Positions 21,172 through 31,417 of a stretch of DNA of 64,000 nt are shown in pieces. The position numbers and the translations under genes are program-made. The notes under the pieces were generated by a model. The model was not told the DNA's origin, did no database searches, and saw only the letters and a program-made list of their open reading frames with translations. Source of the DNA: an uncultured Thermoproteaceae archaeon (GTDB lineage: Archaea > Thermoproteota > Thermoprotei > Thermoproteales > Thermocladiaceae). The stretch is from contig CAZNTG010000006.1 of NCBI GenBank assembly GCA_964575955.1, positions 416,001 to 480,000 on the forward strand, read 5' to 3'. Within the stretch, counting starts at the first letter, position 1; every line of letters begins with the position of its first letter.

Positions 21172-21255
21172 TACATGAGGTATAGTTTTTTAAACGCTTC
21201 TCAATACTAAGACCTTTACTGAAGGGTTTATACGCTTCTGAAACACGTATAACAC

Positions 21256-21588
21256 ATGGGAACGAAATCTCTAACTCCAGAGGAGATAATTAGAGAGTTT
21301 GTTAGATTTCTAGACTTACTTTCACAAGAATCGATACATGTAAAGATAATTATAGCATTAGCAAGAAGAGGTTGTCTATCACTTAGAGGAATTGCTAGAG
21401 AAGTTGGAATGGCACCAAAAAATGTTAGAAAGTATTTAGAAAAGTTGGAGAGTCTTGGAATTATAGCATGTATAAAGCCAAGTAGAAGGATGTTTCTATA
21501 TAGACTTAGTGATGAGTACTCATGGTTACAGGAGCTTATTAAAAGAGTAGAAGATCAAGCAAAACCAATACCAAGACCTACAAGCTAG
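21256..21588 (+). CDS. Winged HTH transcriptional regulator
   Basis: SLRGIAREVGMAPKNVRKYLEKLESLGII HTH pattern. Confidence 0.82.
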   Translation: MGTKSLTPEEIIREFVRFLDLLSQESIHVKIIIALARRGCLSLRGIAREVGMAPKNVRKYLEKLESLGIIACIKPSRRMFLYRLSDEYSWLQELIKRVEDQAKPIPRPTS

Positions 21589-21593
21589 AACTA

Positions 21594-21854
21594 CTATCTA
21601 GATGAAGTTAACATTCTAGTAAATGCTTGATAAGATTCTTCAGTAGGTAGTGGAATTTGTATAAGAAACATATACTCAACATCTCTAACTTCTCTATACG
21701 CAAACTTTAGAGCTTCATCTCTACTATCAAAAACATGATATTCATCTCTAATAGGAATATACAGTATCCACTTACCCTGTAATTCCTGTTTCATAATAAA
21801 TTCCTTCAAAACTTTATCTAAAAACTTCTCTATCTCTCTCTCAATCCTATCCAT
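21594..21854 (-). CDS. Small hypothetical protein (weak DUF5678-like GKW motif)
   Basis: 86 aa ORF with normal codon use, tightly packed with neighbours. Confidence 0.6.
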   Translation of the reverse strand: MDRIEREIEKFLDKVLKEFIMKQELQGKWILYIPIRDEYHVFDSRDEALKFAYREVRDVEYMFLIQIPLPTEESYQAFTRMLTSSR

Positions 21855-21862
21855 AGCTATAC

Positions 21863-22387
21863 CTATCTAGACTCTACTTCTTTAATAAGTTTTACAATAT
21901 TCTCAAGATTCCTTATTAGACTAATAATCATAAAATTTCTAAGATCTTTAGAATCTATCTTAGATATTATATTGTTAAGTTTTTCAAATTCTTTATTAAC
22001 ATCTTCACCAACTATACACATTCTCAATACTCTATCTATTATGTATGTTATATCTGTTAGATTTTTCTCTAATATAGCCTTCTCATAGTCTATATCAACT
22101 TCATAATTCTTATCTTTGTATATAAATATTCTACATAGTTCATATAGTATGTGATATATTGATGCAATATTTATAAGATCATACTCTCTACCTCTCAATA
22201 TCTCTGTATCTGAGAGTACGTATGTCTTTTCATCATGTATTAGTTGAGATATGATTTTCAACTCTTTCTCTCTATCTCTGAAATCTAGAATTGTCTTAAT
22301 TAGATTTTTGATAGCATTTTCATCTCTATTCTCACTTATCTTCTTTAAAATATCCCTAATATATGATAATAACATGTCTAGATTCAT
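21863..22387 (-). CDS. Hypothetical protein
   Basis: 174 aa helical ORF, fills the gap. Confidence 0.7.
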   Translation of the reverse strand: MNLDMLLSYIRDILKKISENRDENAIKNLIKTILDFRDREKELKIISQLIHDEKTYVLSDTEILRGREYDLINIASIYHILYELCRIFIYKDKNYEVDIDYEKAILEKNLTDITYIIDRVLRMCIVGEDVNKEFEKLNNIISKIDSKDLRNFMIISLIRNLENIVKLIKEVESR

Positions 22388-22443
22388 GTTAGATACTAAG
22401 TAGCTATGTTTTATAAGGCTGATTTATCTAACATAAAATTACA

Positions 22444-23519
22444 GTGAAGATTGAGGAAGTGTATGAGACTGCTTATCAATTATTAATATCTGAAAATGTG
22501 GATGTTGTAGTTAGAGATGCATATCTCAGATATGGTGATGAAGCCTCTAGGATAGTTGAAGAGGCTAAGAAGTTAGTAGATAGATTACTTTCAGAGTATG
22601 GAAGTAGAGAGGATGTTATTAATTTCATAATAATGAATTTTGGGAGTAGTATTGTAGATTTAATAACTTCAAGATTTCCAAATTTTGAAAATGTTATACC
22701 AATAGTTAAGTATTTTAATAAAAATGCACATAGACCTTCACCATATCAGGAAGTTCTATGCGTTGTTAAAGTACTAGAGCTAGACTTAGATATTGATAGC
22801 CTGATCAAGATTGGAGTATTGATGCATGTAGATGAGAATAGTCTAGTAGTACCACACTACTTATCTACATATGATGAGTGTAGTGTAGATATTGAAAATA
22901 TTCTAGATTTAGTATCTCAAGATTATGCAAAACTCTCTATAATTGAAAGTATTGTTGAAAATGTTAAACCAAGTAGAGAGATGTTTCAAATACTCTACGG
23001 TATAGATATTGAGAGTCCTGAACTTTACGAGGTTAGTAGAGTTATGACATATTGTGAATATACTAGCTCTCCAATTCTAAATCCATGTATAGATACTCAT
23101 GAGTTAAGAAGAATATTGCACGAATTTAAACAAGCTCGTGCTAGAAGACTTTTCAGAATTATTGAACCAGGTATGGGACATGTTAAGTATAGTAAGAAGA
23201 TTGGTGCATTAGTAAGTTTCATAATGTTAGGACCTGGAGAACATGGTATTTTGATGTTCATGCCTTGGATAGTTCCTAGTAGAAGAGTTGAAAAATATTA
23301 TGCATCATCTCCAAGACTAATAATAACTTCAATACCATTTAGAAGAGAATTTGCAGAATATTTTCATAATGTGTTAGAAGATACTAAGACTTTTAAAAAT
23401 ACAGCATTCATATTCATACAGGAAGGTGTTTGTTATCTAGTTTCTCCAAGTAGGAGAAGTAGAACTCTAGACTCACTATTAGATATTATATATAGAGCTA
23501 ATCTTGAAGTTCTAGAATT

Positions 23520-23523
<4 letters not shown>
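22444..23523 (+). CDS. Hypothetical protein
   Basis: 359 aa ORF with a 4-nt overlap to the next gene. Confidence 0.8.
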
Positions 23524-24194
<671 letters not shown>

Positions 24195-24209
<15 letters not shown>

Positions 24210-24890
24210 TCTCAAGTCTGAAATTTTCAATCTCTCAACATTTCTACGAAATATCTCCAACTTAACTTTCTTAACATCTGAAATACCTTTAGATGACAAT
24301 GTTTGACTATAGTCAAGCTCAGGAATATCGACAACACATCCTGACATGTATGCTATATGTATAGCTCTATCACCATCTGTAAATCCTGGACAATATTCAA
24401 CATATCTAAATGTATGCACTACCTGACATGTACCACATATATTACAAAATTCTAAATCCTCAATATTATGAAGTTTATCAACATTATCACCATGTGCATG
24501 AACTACAACTATAGGTTTAACATAGTTACAAAACATTTTCAAACATTTAAAGTCTGAATCTAGATCAGTAATTAAGATAACACTATCAATATTCTTAATA
24601 TGATTAATAATTTCACTATTTGAATATAGAAAATCTACAACACTATCAACAACAATAACACAATCATAATCTCTCAATACATACTTAGTAATCTTCAAAA
24701 TACCTCTAGTTGGCATTAATATTAAACATTTACAGTATTTAGACATCTTCAATACTAATTCTCTAAGTCTTACTACACCGTTAGTACAGTCTAGGATATC
24801 ATCTAAAACTTTAGCAGCATAATAATCATCTCTAGTATTTATGAAACCTCTAAGCAAATTCTCAGCCTCTACAACATATATACTATCCAT
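24195..24890 (-). CDS. 6-hydroxymethyl-7,8-dihydropterin pyrophosphokinase MptE-like
   Basis: ITDLD, VVHAHGDN, GFTDGDRA, KKVKL motifs. Confidence 0.78.
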
Positions 24891-24941
24891 ACGATAACTT
24901 AAGAAAGTTTATCAATTTTAGAAATTTATAACTATGCCACT

Positions 24942-25109
24942 ATGAGCGAAAGTTATGTAATATGCTTCTTCTGCCTTAGAAGAGTTCCATATAGCTATGT
25001 TAAAGTTATAGATCTGAAAATTCCACATATAGACATGAAATTTAGGGTATACATATGTCAAGACTGTGTCAAAAAACATAAAGATAAAATCTTAAAAACA
25101 CATCTTTAA
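24942..25109 (+). CDS. Putative 55-aa zinc-finger microprotein (not in ORF track)
   Basis: Translated by hand: MSESYVICFFCLRRVPYSYVKVIDLKIPHIDMKFRVYICQDCVKKHKDKILKTHL, two CxxC pairs. Confidence 0.6.
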   Translation: MSESYVICFFCLRRVPYSYVKVIDLKIPHIDMKFRVYICQDCVKKHKDKILKTHL

Positions 25110-25767
25110 TATCGTGGAAATTTTCTATAAAGCTTCTCAATTTCCATATAGGAATTATTAAGATATTTAGATTCATATTCAATACATGTTCATGTACGGT
25201 AATTATTGTAGGATATATCTCGTAAATACCACTCTTTAAGCCAAGTCTAGTAATTAATTCTTGTCTAAACTTCTTACACAAACTCTCAATACTATTAACA
25301 TAGTCTAATATATCACTTACCTTAATTCTAGATTTTAAATATCTCTTAGCATCTATCATAAATATATAACTATCTTTTATAGCAATCATATCAACCTCAA
25401 ATCTATGTGAATTTATTGGAAATCTAACCTTATGTATAACATTAAAGTTAAATTCTCTAAAGATAATCTTGATAAGCTTTTCAAAATCATTCCAACTCAA
25501 ATCTCTACTTATCCTCTCCAAATCTATCATATATCCAAATTTTAACAACTTTACCATAATGCTAGCTTTATCTTCTTTCAAGATTATTGTATTATTCTTA
25601 ATCTCAACTATGCCTATCTTCTCAATATCTTTCAAAGTTTCTAATGTTAATTCTTCATCTATCTTTAATTCTCTTACTATATCTTCAATATTTATTGTGG
25701 AATTTCTCTCATGCTTTAACAATTTTGTAATTATCTTATTTAGAATTCTCTTTTTGAGATTATTCAA
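25069..25767 (-). CDS. wHTH + PD-(D/E)XK (Mrr-like) endonuclease-fold protein
   Basis: WNDFEKLI...EVDMIA...IDAK; N-terminal HTH-like segment. Confidence 0.72.
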   Translation of the reverse strand: MNNLKKRILNKIITKLLKHERNSTINIEDIVRELKIDEELTLETLKDIEKIGIVEIKNNTIILKEDKASIMVKLLKFGYMIDLERISRDLSWNDFEKLIKIIFREFNFNVIHKVRFPINSHRFEVDMIAIKDSYIFMIDAKRYLKSRIKVSDILDYVNSIESLCKKFRQELITRLGLKSGIYEIYPTIITVHEHVLNMNLNILIIPIWKLRSFIENFHDIKDVFLRFYLYVF

Positions 25768-25818
25768 GATTTATAATTTTAAGAAAGAAAGTGTTTGGAG
25801 AATATATTATTGAGTGTT

Positions 25819-26265
25819 TTACTTCTTGAGTTTTGGAACTTCTGGTACTCCAAGCTTCTCTGGTTCGTGGCTTAGTACTGGTTCTTTGAGCTTTGCTGGG
25901 TCTGGTTCTGGATATTCTTGTGGTGCTTTTATTGATCCCCATGGTGTTGTTCTTATAACCATCTTAAATCTTAATACTTTTCCTGATCTGTAGATTACGG
26001 TCCACATTATTGAGTCTGTACCTCTCATTGGTACTAATCTACCTCCAAGTGGTGCAACATCTGTATAGTGTCTAATCTCGATTGCTCCCTGTGGACACAT
26101 CTTTGCACATGAGAAGCATTCCCAACACATGTCTGGCTCTATGTTATATGATTTTCCTGTTGTTTTGTCAAGGTGCATTAGATCGTTTGGACATATGTAG
26201 TTACATGCTGGTACTGCAAGTGCTTTACAACCGTCACATTTCTCTGGATTAACTACAGGGGGCAT
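25819..26265 (-). CDS. aprB: Adenylylsulfate reductase beta subunit
   Basis: CDGC...CNYICPNDLM, CWECFSCAKMCPQGAI, SIMWT, IRTTPWGS tail. Confidence 0.97.
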   Translation of the reverse strand: MPPVVNPEKCDGCKALAVPACNYICPNDLMHLDKTTGKSYNIEPDMCWECFSCAKMCPQGAIEIRHYTDVAPLGGRLVPMRGTDSIMWTVIYRSGKVLRFKMVIRTTPWGSIKAPQEYPEPDPAKLKEPVLSHEPEKLGVPEVPKLKK

Positions 26266-26372
26266 TGTTGTGATATGTGTAGTCTATTGCTTTTAAGCTT
26301 CTTCCTCTTCGTGTAAAGGAGACATGTGATGGTAATAGTTAAATGAATTAATCAAGATTTAGGGTATCAAGT

Positions 26373-28244
26373 ATGCCATATCCAACAGGTGTAGAAAAGG
26401 TAGAGTGTGACATTCTAATAATAGGAGGTGGAATGTCAGGATGTGGAGCTGCATATGAGGCAAAGTATTGGGGTAGAAAGCTAAAGGTAGTTCTCGTAGA
26501 GAAGGCAGCAACAGAGAGAAGTGGTGCAGTAGCTGCAGGATTATCAGCAATTAACCTATACCTAGGAATGAGATGGGGTGAGAATACACCAGAAGACTAT
26601 GTTAGATATGTGAGAAACGACTTGATGGGTATTGTTAGAGAAGACCTAGTATATGACGTAGCTAGACATGTAGACTCAACAGTACACCTATTCGAAGAGT
26701 GGGGTCTACCAATCTACAAGGATCCAAAAACTGGTAGATATCTAAGAGAGGGTAGATGGCAGGTACTGATATCAGGAGAGTCATACAAGCCAATTGTTGC
26801 AGAGGCAGCAAAGAAGGCTGTAGATGCACTATATGAGAGAGTATTCATAACACATCTCCTACCTGACAAGAACAATCCAAGAAGAGTAGCTGGAGCAATA
26901 GGATTTGGTGTTAGAGATGGAAAGCTCTACATATTCCTAGCAAAGGCAGTAATAATGGCAGCAGGAGGAGCAGTACACATATTCAGACCAAGATCACATG
27001 GTGAAGGTATGGGTAGAACATGGTATCCACCATGGGACAGTGGTAGCTCATATGCAATGATGATAATGATGGGTGCAGAGATGACACAGATGGAGAATAG
27101 ATTCGTACCAATGAGATTCAAGGACGGTTATGGACCAGTAGGTGCATACTTCCTATTCCTAAAGTGTAAGGCAACAAATGCAATGGGTGAAGACTACTTT
27201 GCAAAGGGTGTCGAGAAGTTAAAGCAGATGAAGGACAAGTATGGACCATATGTAGAAGCAACACCACTACCAACATGTCTAAGAAACCACATAATGCTAG
27301 AAGAATTGAAGGAGGGTAGAGGACCAATATTCATGAGACATGACTTAGCAATTAAGGAGGTAGCAGATCCAAAGGAGAGAGCAGCTAGAGAGAGATGGTG
27401 TTGGGAGGACTTCCTAGACATGACACCATCACAGGCACTATTATGGGCATGTATGAACATAGACCCAGCTGAGAAACCATCAGAGCTAATGGTAGCTGAG
27501 CCATACATCATGGGTTCACACGCAGGATGTGCAGGAGCATGGGTAAGCGGTCCAGAAGACATAGCACCACCAGAATACCAGTTCGCATATAACAGAATGA
27601 CAACAATCGAAGGACTATTCGCATGTGGTGACGCTGTAGGTGCATCAGCACACAAGTTCTCAAGCGGATCATTCACAGAGGGTAGAATCGCAGGTAAGTC
27701 TGCAGTAAGATTTGTAGTTGAGAAAGCAGCAGACTACAAGCCAGAGGTTGATGAACAGCTAATTGAGAATCTAAAGGTCAAGATATTTGAACCATTAGAG
27801 AGATATGAGAAGGGTAAGGCAACAACAACAAGACCAGACCTATCATTTGAGTACATACTACCACAGCAAGGATTAAGAAGACTACACAAGATAATGGACG
27901 AGTATGCAGCAGGATACTCAATGTGGTACACAACAAACGAGCCAATGCTACAGAGAGGTCTAGAGCTAGTACTAATGCTTAAGGAAGACCTTGAGAAGCT
28001 AGGTGCAAGAGACCTACACGACCTGATGAGATGTTGGGAGCTAGTACACAGAGTATGGACAGCAGAAGCACACATAAGACACATGCTATTTAGAAAAGAG
28101 ACAAGATGGCCAGGATACTACTATAGAGCAGACTATCCAAATGTTGATGACCAGAACTGGAAGTGCTTCGTAAACTCAGTATACGATCCAAAGACTGGTG
28201 AGTGGAAGCTATTCACAAGACCATACATACAGCTAGTACCATAA
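26373..28244 (+). CDS. aprA: Adenylylsulfate reductase alpha subunit
   Basis: GGGMSGCGAA, RSGAVAAGLSAIN, GESYKPIVAE, RFKDGYGPVGA, HKFSSGSFTEGR, ETRWPGYYYR. Confidence 0.98.
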   Translation: MPYPTGVEKVECDILIIGGGMSGCGAAYEAKYWGRKLKVVLVEKAATERSGAVAAGLSAINLYLGMRWGENTPEDYVRYVRNDLMGIVREDLVYDVARHVDSTVHLFEEWGLPIYKDPKTGRYLREGRWQVLISGESYKPIVAEAAKKAVDALYERVFITHLLPDKNNPRRVAGAIGFGVRDGKLYIFLAKAVIMAAGGAVHIFRPRSHGEGMGRTWYPPWDSGSSYAMMIMMGAEMTQMENRFVPMRFKDGYGPVGAYFLFLKCKATNAMGEDYFAKGVEKLKQMKDKYGPYVEATPLPTCLRNHIMLEELKEGRGPIFMRHDLAIKEVADPKERAARERWCWEDFLDMTPSQALLWACMNIDPAEKPSELMVAEPYIMGSHAGCAGAWVSGPEDIAPPEYQFAYNRMTTIEGLFACGDAVGASAHKFSSGSFTEGRIAGKSAVRFVVEKAADYKPEVDEQLIENLKVKIFEPLERYEKGKATTTRPDLSFEYILPQQGLRRLHKIMDEYAAGYSMWYTTNEPMLQRGLELVLMLKEDLEKLGARDLHDLMRCWELVHRVWTAEAHIRHMLFRKETRWPGYYYRADYPNVDDQNWKCFVNSVYDPKTGEWKLFTRPYIQLVP

Positions 28245-28369
28245 AAACAGAAGTCTAAACTACAAAAACTCTACATATATTTCAATCTTCATAATTTTCT
28301 TAATTACTAATCTTCTAGATATCTTTCTGAGTATTCTTTTTAAACCTCTAACATGACTATAATCTAGGT

Positions 28370-28765
28370 ATGAGTACAAGTCCTGAAGCTTATGTTTCAG
28401 AAGCAGCTATTCTAGATCTGAGTAAGGAGTTTGATGAGGAGTTGTATAAGGCATTTATTAAGAGGTATGGGATCGATTTTAAGGCATGTATGCAATGTGC
28501 GACATGTGTATCAGTATGTCCACTATCTGACATAGTTCCTGGAATGCCTAGACTAGACATGCTTCTTGCAGGTCTTGGACTTTTTAATGAGATTGCACGT
28601 AGATTATCACCATGGATATGTGATCAATGTATGGAATGTTCTAGAAATTGTCCACGTAGAGCAAATCCTGCTAAGATTCTTGCAGCTCTTAGAGAGATCT
28701 TAACAGCAATGTACGATCCTACTGGAATTACTAAGCGTGTAATTCTTGGTAGAGCTAAGAAGTAG
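28370..28765 (+). CDS. QmoC soluble (HdrC-like) 2x[4Fe-4S] domain as a separate gene
   Basis: CMQCATCVSVCP and CDQCMECSRNCPRRANP, followed by YDPTG as in the QmoC N-terminal part; no transmembrane segment. Confidence 0.8.
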   Translation: MSTSPEAYVSEAAILDLSKEFDEELYKAFIKRYGIDFKACMQCATCVSVCPLSDIVPGMPRLDMLLAGLGLFNEIARRLSPWICDQCMECSRNCPRRANPAKILAALREILTAMYDPTGITKRVILGRAKK

Positions 28766-28818
28766 GTTTAGTATTGATAAAACTAAAAAATAGTTTAGAC
28801 TTAACATCTACGAGTTAC

Positions 28819-31290
28819 ATGACTAAAGTTGGAGTTTATATATGTACTTGTAGAGCTGTTACAGAAGTTATAGACGTGAATAAGCTTGCTGAAGATGTTA
28901 AGAAGATTGAAGGTGTTGAACTTGTAAAATTCATAAAGTCATGCTACGACTATGATGAGATTATTAAAGATTTACAGGAGAAGAGGATTGAGCGTGTAGT
29001 AATTGCAGGTTGTTCTCCAAGATATGTTCTAGATATTGCAAGAGAGAGAATTACACTAGCAGTACCTGACATAAGTCCATTATGGATTGAGGTAGCACCA
29101 ATACGTGAACAGGCAGCATGGGCATTTAGAAATGATAGACAGAGAGCTCAAGAAGCTGCATTAACATACATAAAGGCATATGTATCGAGAGTAAAAGCTG
29201 CAGAATACATACCTAGAGAAGTTGAGGTTGAGAGAGTTAGAAGAGCATTAGTGATAGGTGCAGGTATTGCTGGACTTACAGCAGCTGTAGATTTAGCAGA
29301 TATGGGTATAGAAGTCATAGTTGTTGAGAAGAGACCATATGTAGGTGGTAAAGTCGTACAATTAGCAAGGTACTTCCCAAAGATGTGTCCACCATACTGT
29401 GGTATAGAGTTCATACTTGGAAGACTTAAAGCAAGAGCAAACCCACTCATAAAGATATACACAAATGCAGAAGTACTAGAAGTATATGGATCACCAGGAA
29501 AGTTCAAGGCTAAGATTAGAGTTAATCCAAGATATGTAGATCCTGAGAAGTGTTTAGCATGTGGTAAATGTAGTGAAGTATGTCCTGTAGAAGTACCAAA
29601 CGAGTTTGATTTTGGACTATCTAAGAGAAAGGCAATATACCTACCTCACGAACTTGCATGGCCATATGCACATGTTGTAGATCCTGAAAATTGTCTAGAA
29701 ATTAAGAATCCCGGATCATGTGGTAAGTGTATTGAAGTCTGTCAATCAGGTGCTATAAATCTGAAAGAGCAGCCTAGAGAATTTGAAGTTGAGGTTGGTG
29801 CTGTAATCGTAGCAACAGGATGGGAGCCTTACGATGCTAAGAAGCTTGAACATCTAGGATATGGAAAGTATCCAAATGTCATAACTAACGTACAGATGGA
29901 GAGACTACTAGCACCAAATGGACCGACTAAAGGTGAGGTTATAGTTCCAGGTCTTGGTAGAAAGCCTAGGAAGATAGTATTTATACAATGTGCAGGTCAG
30001 AGAGATGAGAATCATCTACCATACTGTAGTGCTGTATGCTGTGCAGCAACTGTGAAGCAGGCAATTACAATAGCTGAGAGATGTCCAGATACTCAAATCT
30101 ACATATTCTACATTGACGTAAGAACATTCGGACTCTACGAACTATTCTACAAACAGGCAGGTAAGTATCCAAACATATTCTTCATACGTGGCAGAGCTTG
30201 GAAAGTTGAGCAAGATCCAGCTACTGGAGAACTTGTAGTATATGCTGAAGATACAATACTTGGAAGAAAGGTCTCAGTTAGAGCTGACCTAGTAGTACTA
30301 GCTGTGGGTATGGTACCATCATTGAGAGTTAATCCACCATCATGGTATAAGTCAGGTGTTGGTAGATCATGGGAGCAGGAACTACTACAAATACCAAGAC
30401 ATCAGTACTTCGTTGAGAGTGACTACATATGCTTCCCAATGGAGACTAAGAGAACTGGAATATATGCATGTGGATGTGCTATGTGGCCAATGGATGTTCA
30501 GACTAGTGTAGCAACAGCACATGCAGCAGCTATGAGAGCTGCATCAGTAATACTTGGAAAGGCTAGAACAGAATACTCATATCTAACAGATCCAAACCAG
30601 ATAAAGATAGAGACTATAAAGTGTACACAATGTAAGAGATGTACTGAAGAATGTCCATTTGACACATACTCATTCGATGAACGTGGATATCCAAAACCTG
30701 ACCCATTGAAATGTAGAAGATGTGGTATATGTGTTGGTGCATGTCCAGCAGTTGCACTATCATTACCATATCACAACACTGAGCTAATAATGAGCATGAT
30801 TAAGAGTATAGATATCAAGTCTGACAAGCCACAGGTAATAGTGTTTGCATGTGTAAATGATGCATATGCATCACTAGACATAGCACTTAGACAAGGTAAG
30901 ACACTACCACCAGAAGTTGAGTTGGTAATACCTGTACCATGTATAGGTAGTGTAAACATGAGATGGGTAACTGATGCACTATCACTAGGATTTGACGGTA
31001 TACTACTACTAGGATGTAGAAGTGGCGAAGCAACAGCAACACAGCAATGCCACTTCATTAGAGGACCCGACTTAGAGAGAACTAGAATAGAGAACTTGAG
31101 AGATACATTACAGAAGATGATGATTGAACCAGAGAGAGTTAAACTTGTAGAGATAACATTAGAAGACTATAACAAGGTTGTGGAAGTAATACGTGACTTC
31201 GTTGAGCAGATAAAGAAGATGGGTCTAAACCCAATGAAGCAGTTTGCTGGAGGTGCTGGAATGGAGTACGGATTTGGATACACATTCTAA
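28819..31290 (+). CDS. HdrA-MvhD fusion flavoprotein with both QmoA and QmoB signatures
   Basis: GAGIAG FAD site, YFPKMCPPYCG, QCAGQRDENHLPYCSAVCC, CTQCKRCTEECP, CRRCGICVGACP, C-terminal MvhD-like CVNDAY/PCIGSVN/QCHF; ATG 28819 preferred. Confidence 0.9.
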   Translation: MTKVGVYICTCRAVTEVIDVNKLAEDVKKIEGVELVKFIKSCYDYDEIIKDLQEKRIERVVIAGCSPRYVLDIARERITLAVPDISPLWIEVAPIREQAAWAFRNDRQRAQEAALTYIKAYVSRVKAAEYIPREVEVERVRRALVIGAGIAGLTAAVDLADMGIEVIVVEKRPYVGGKVVQLARYFPKMCPPYCGIEFILGRLKARANPLIKIYTNAEVLEVYGSPGKFKAKIRVNPRYVDPEKCLACGKCSEVCPVEVPNEFDFGLSKRKAIYLPHELAWPYAHVVDPENCLEIKNPGSCGKCIEVCQSGAINLKEQPREFEVEVGAVIVATGWEPYDAKKLEHLGYGKYPNVITNVQMERLLAPNGPTKGEVIVPGLGRKPRKIVFIQCAGQRDENHLPYCSAVCCAATVKQAITIAERCPDTQIYIFYIDVRTFGLYELFYKQAGKYPNIFFIRGRAWKVEQDPATGELVVYAEDTILGRKVSVRADLVVLAVGMVPSLRVNPPSWYKSGVGRSWEQELLQIPRHQYFVESDYICFPMETKRTGIYACGCAMWPMDVQTSVATAHAAAMRAASVILGKARTEYSYLTDPNQIKIETIKCTQCKRCTEECPFDTYSFDERGYPKPDPLKCRRCGICVGACPAVALSLPYHNTELIMSMIKSIDIKSDKPQVIVFACVNDAYASLDIALRQGKTLPPEVELVIPVPCIGSVNMRWVTDALSLGFDGILLLGCRSGEATATQQCHFIRGPDLERTRIENLRDTLQKMMIEPERVKLVEITLEDYNKVVEVIRDFVEQIKKMGLNPMKQFAGGAGMEYGFGYTF

Positions 31291-31417
31291 AAATAATTAT
31301 TTAAGGTATTAATAACACTATGATACATACTAATAAATTAAACATTCTATCTCTTTTCAGTTTCATATGTATCTCACATGTTAATATTTTAATAATGTAA
31401 AACAACTTCTACTCGGC

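Noticed and set aside
26927-31058. Antisense ORFs over aprA and the Qmo flavoprotein gene
   Set aside because: Shadow ORFs on the opposite strand of clearly coding genes, no recognisable motifs
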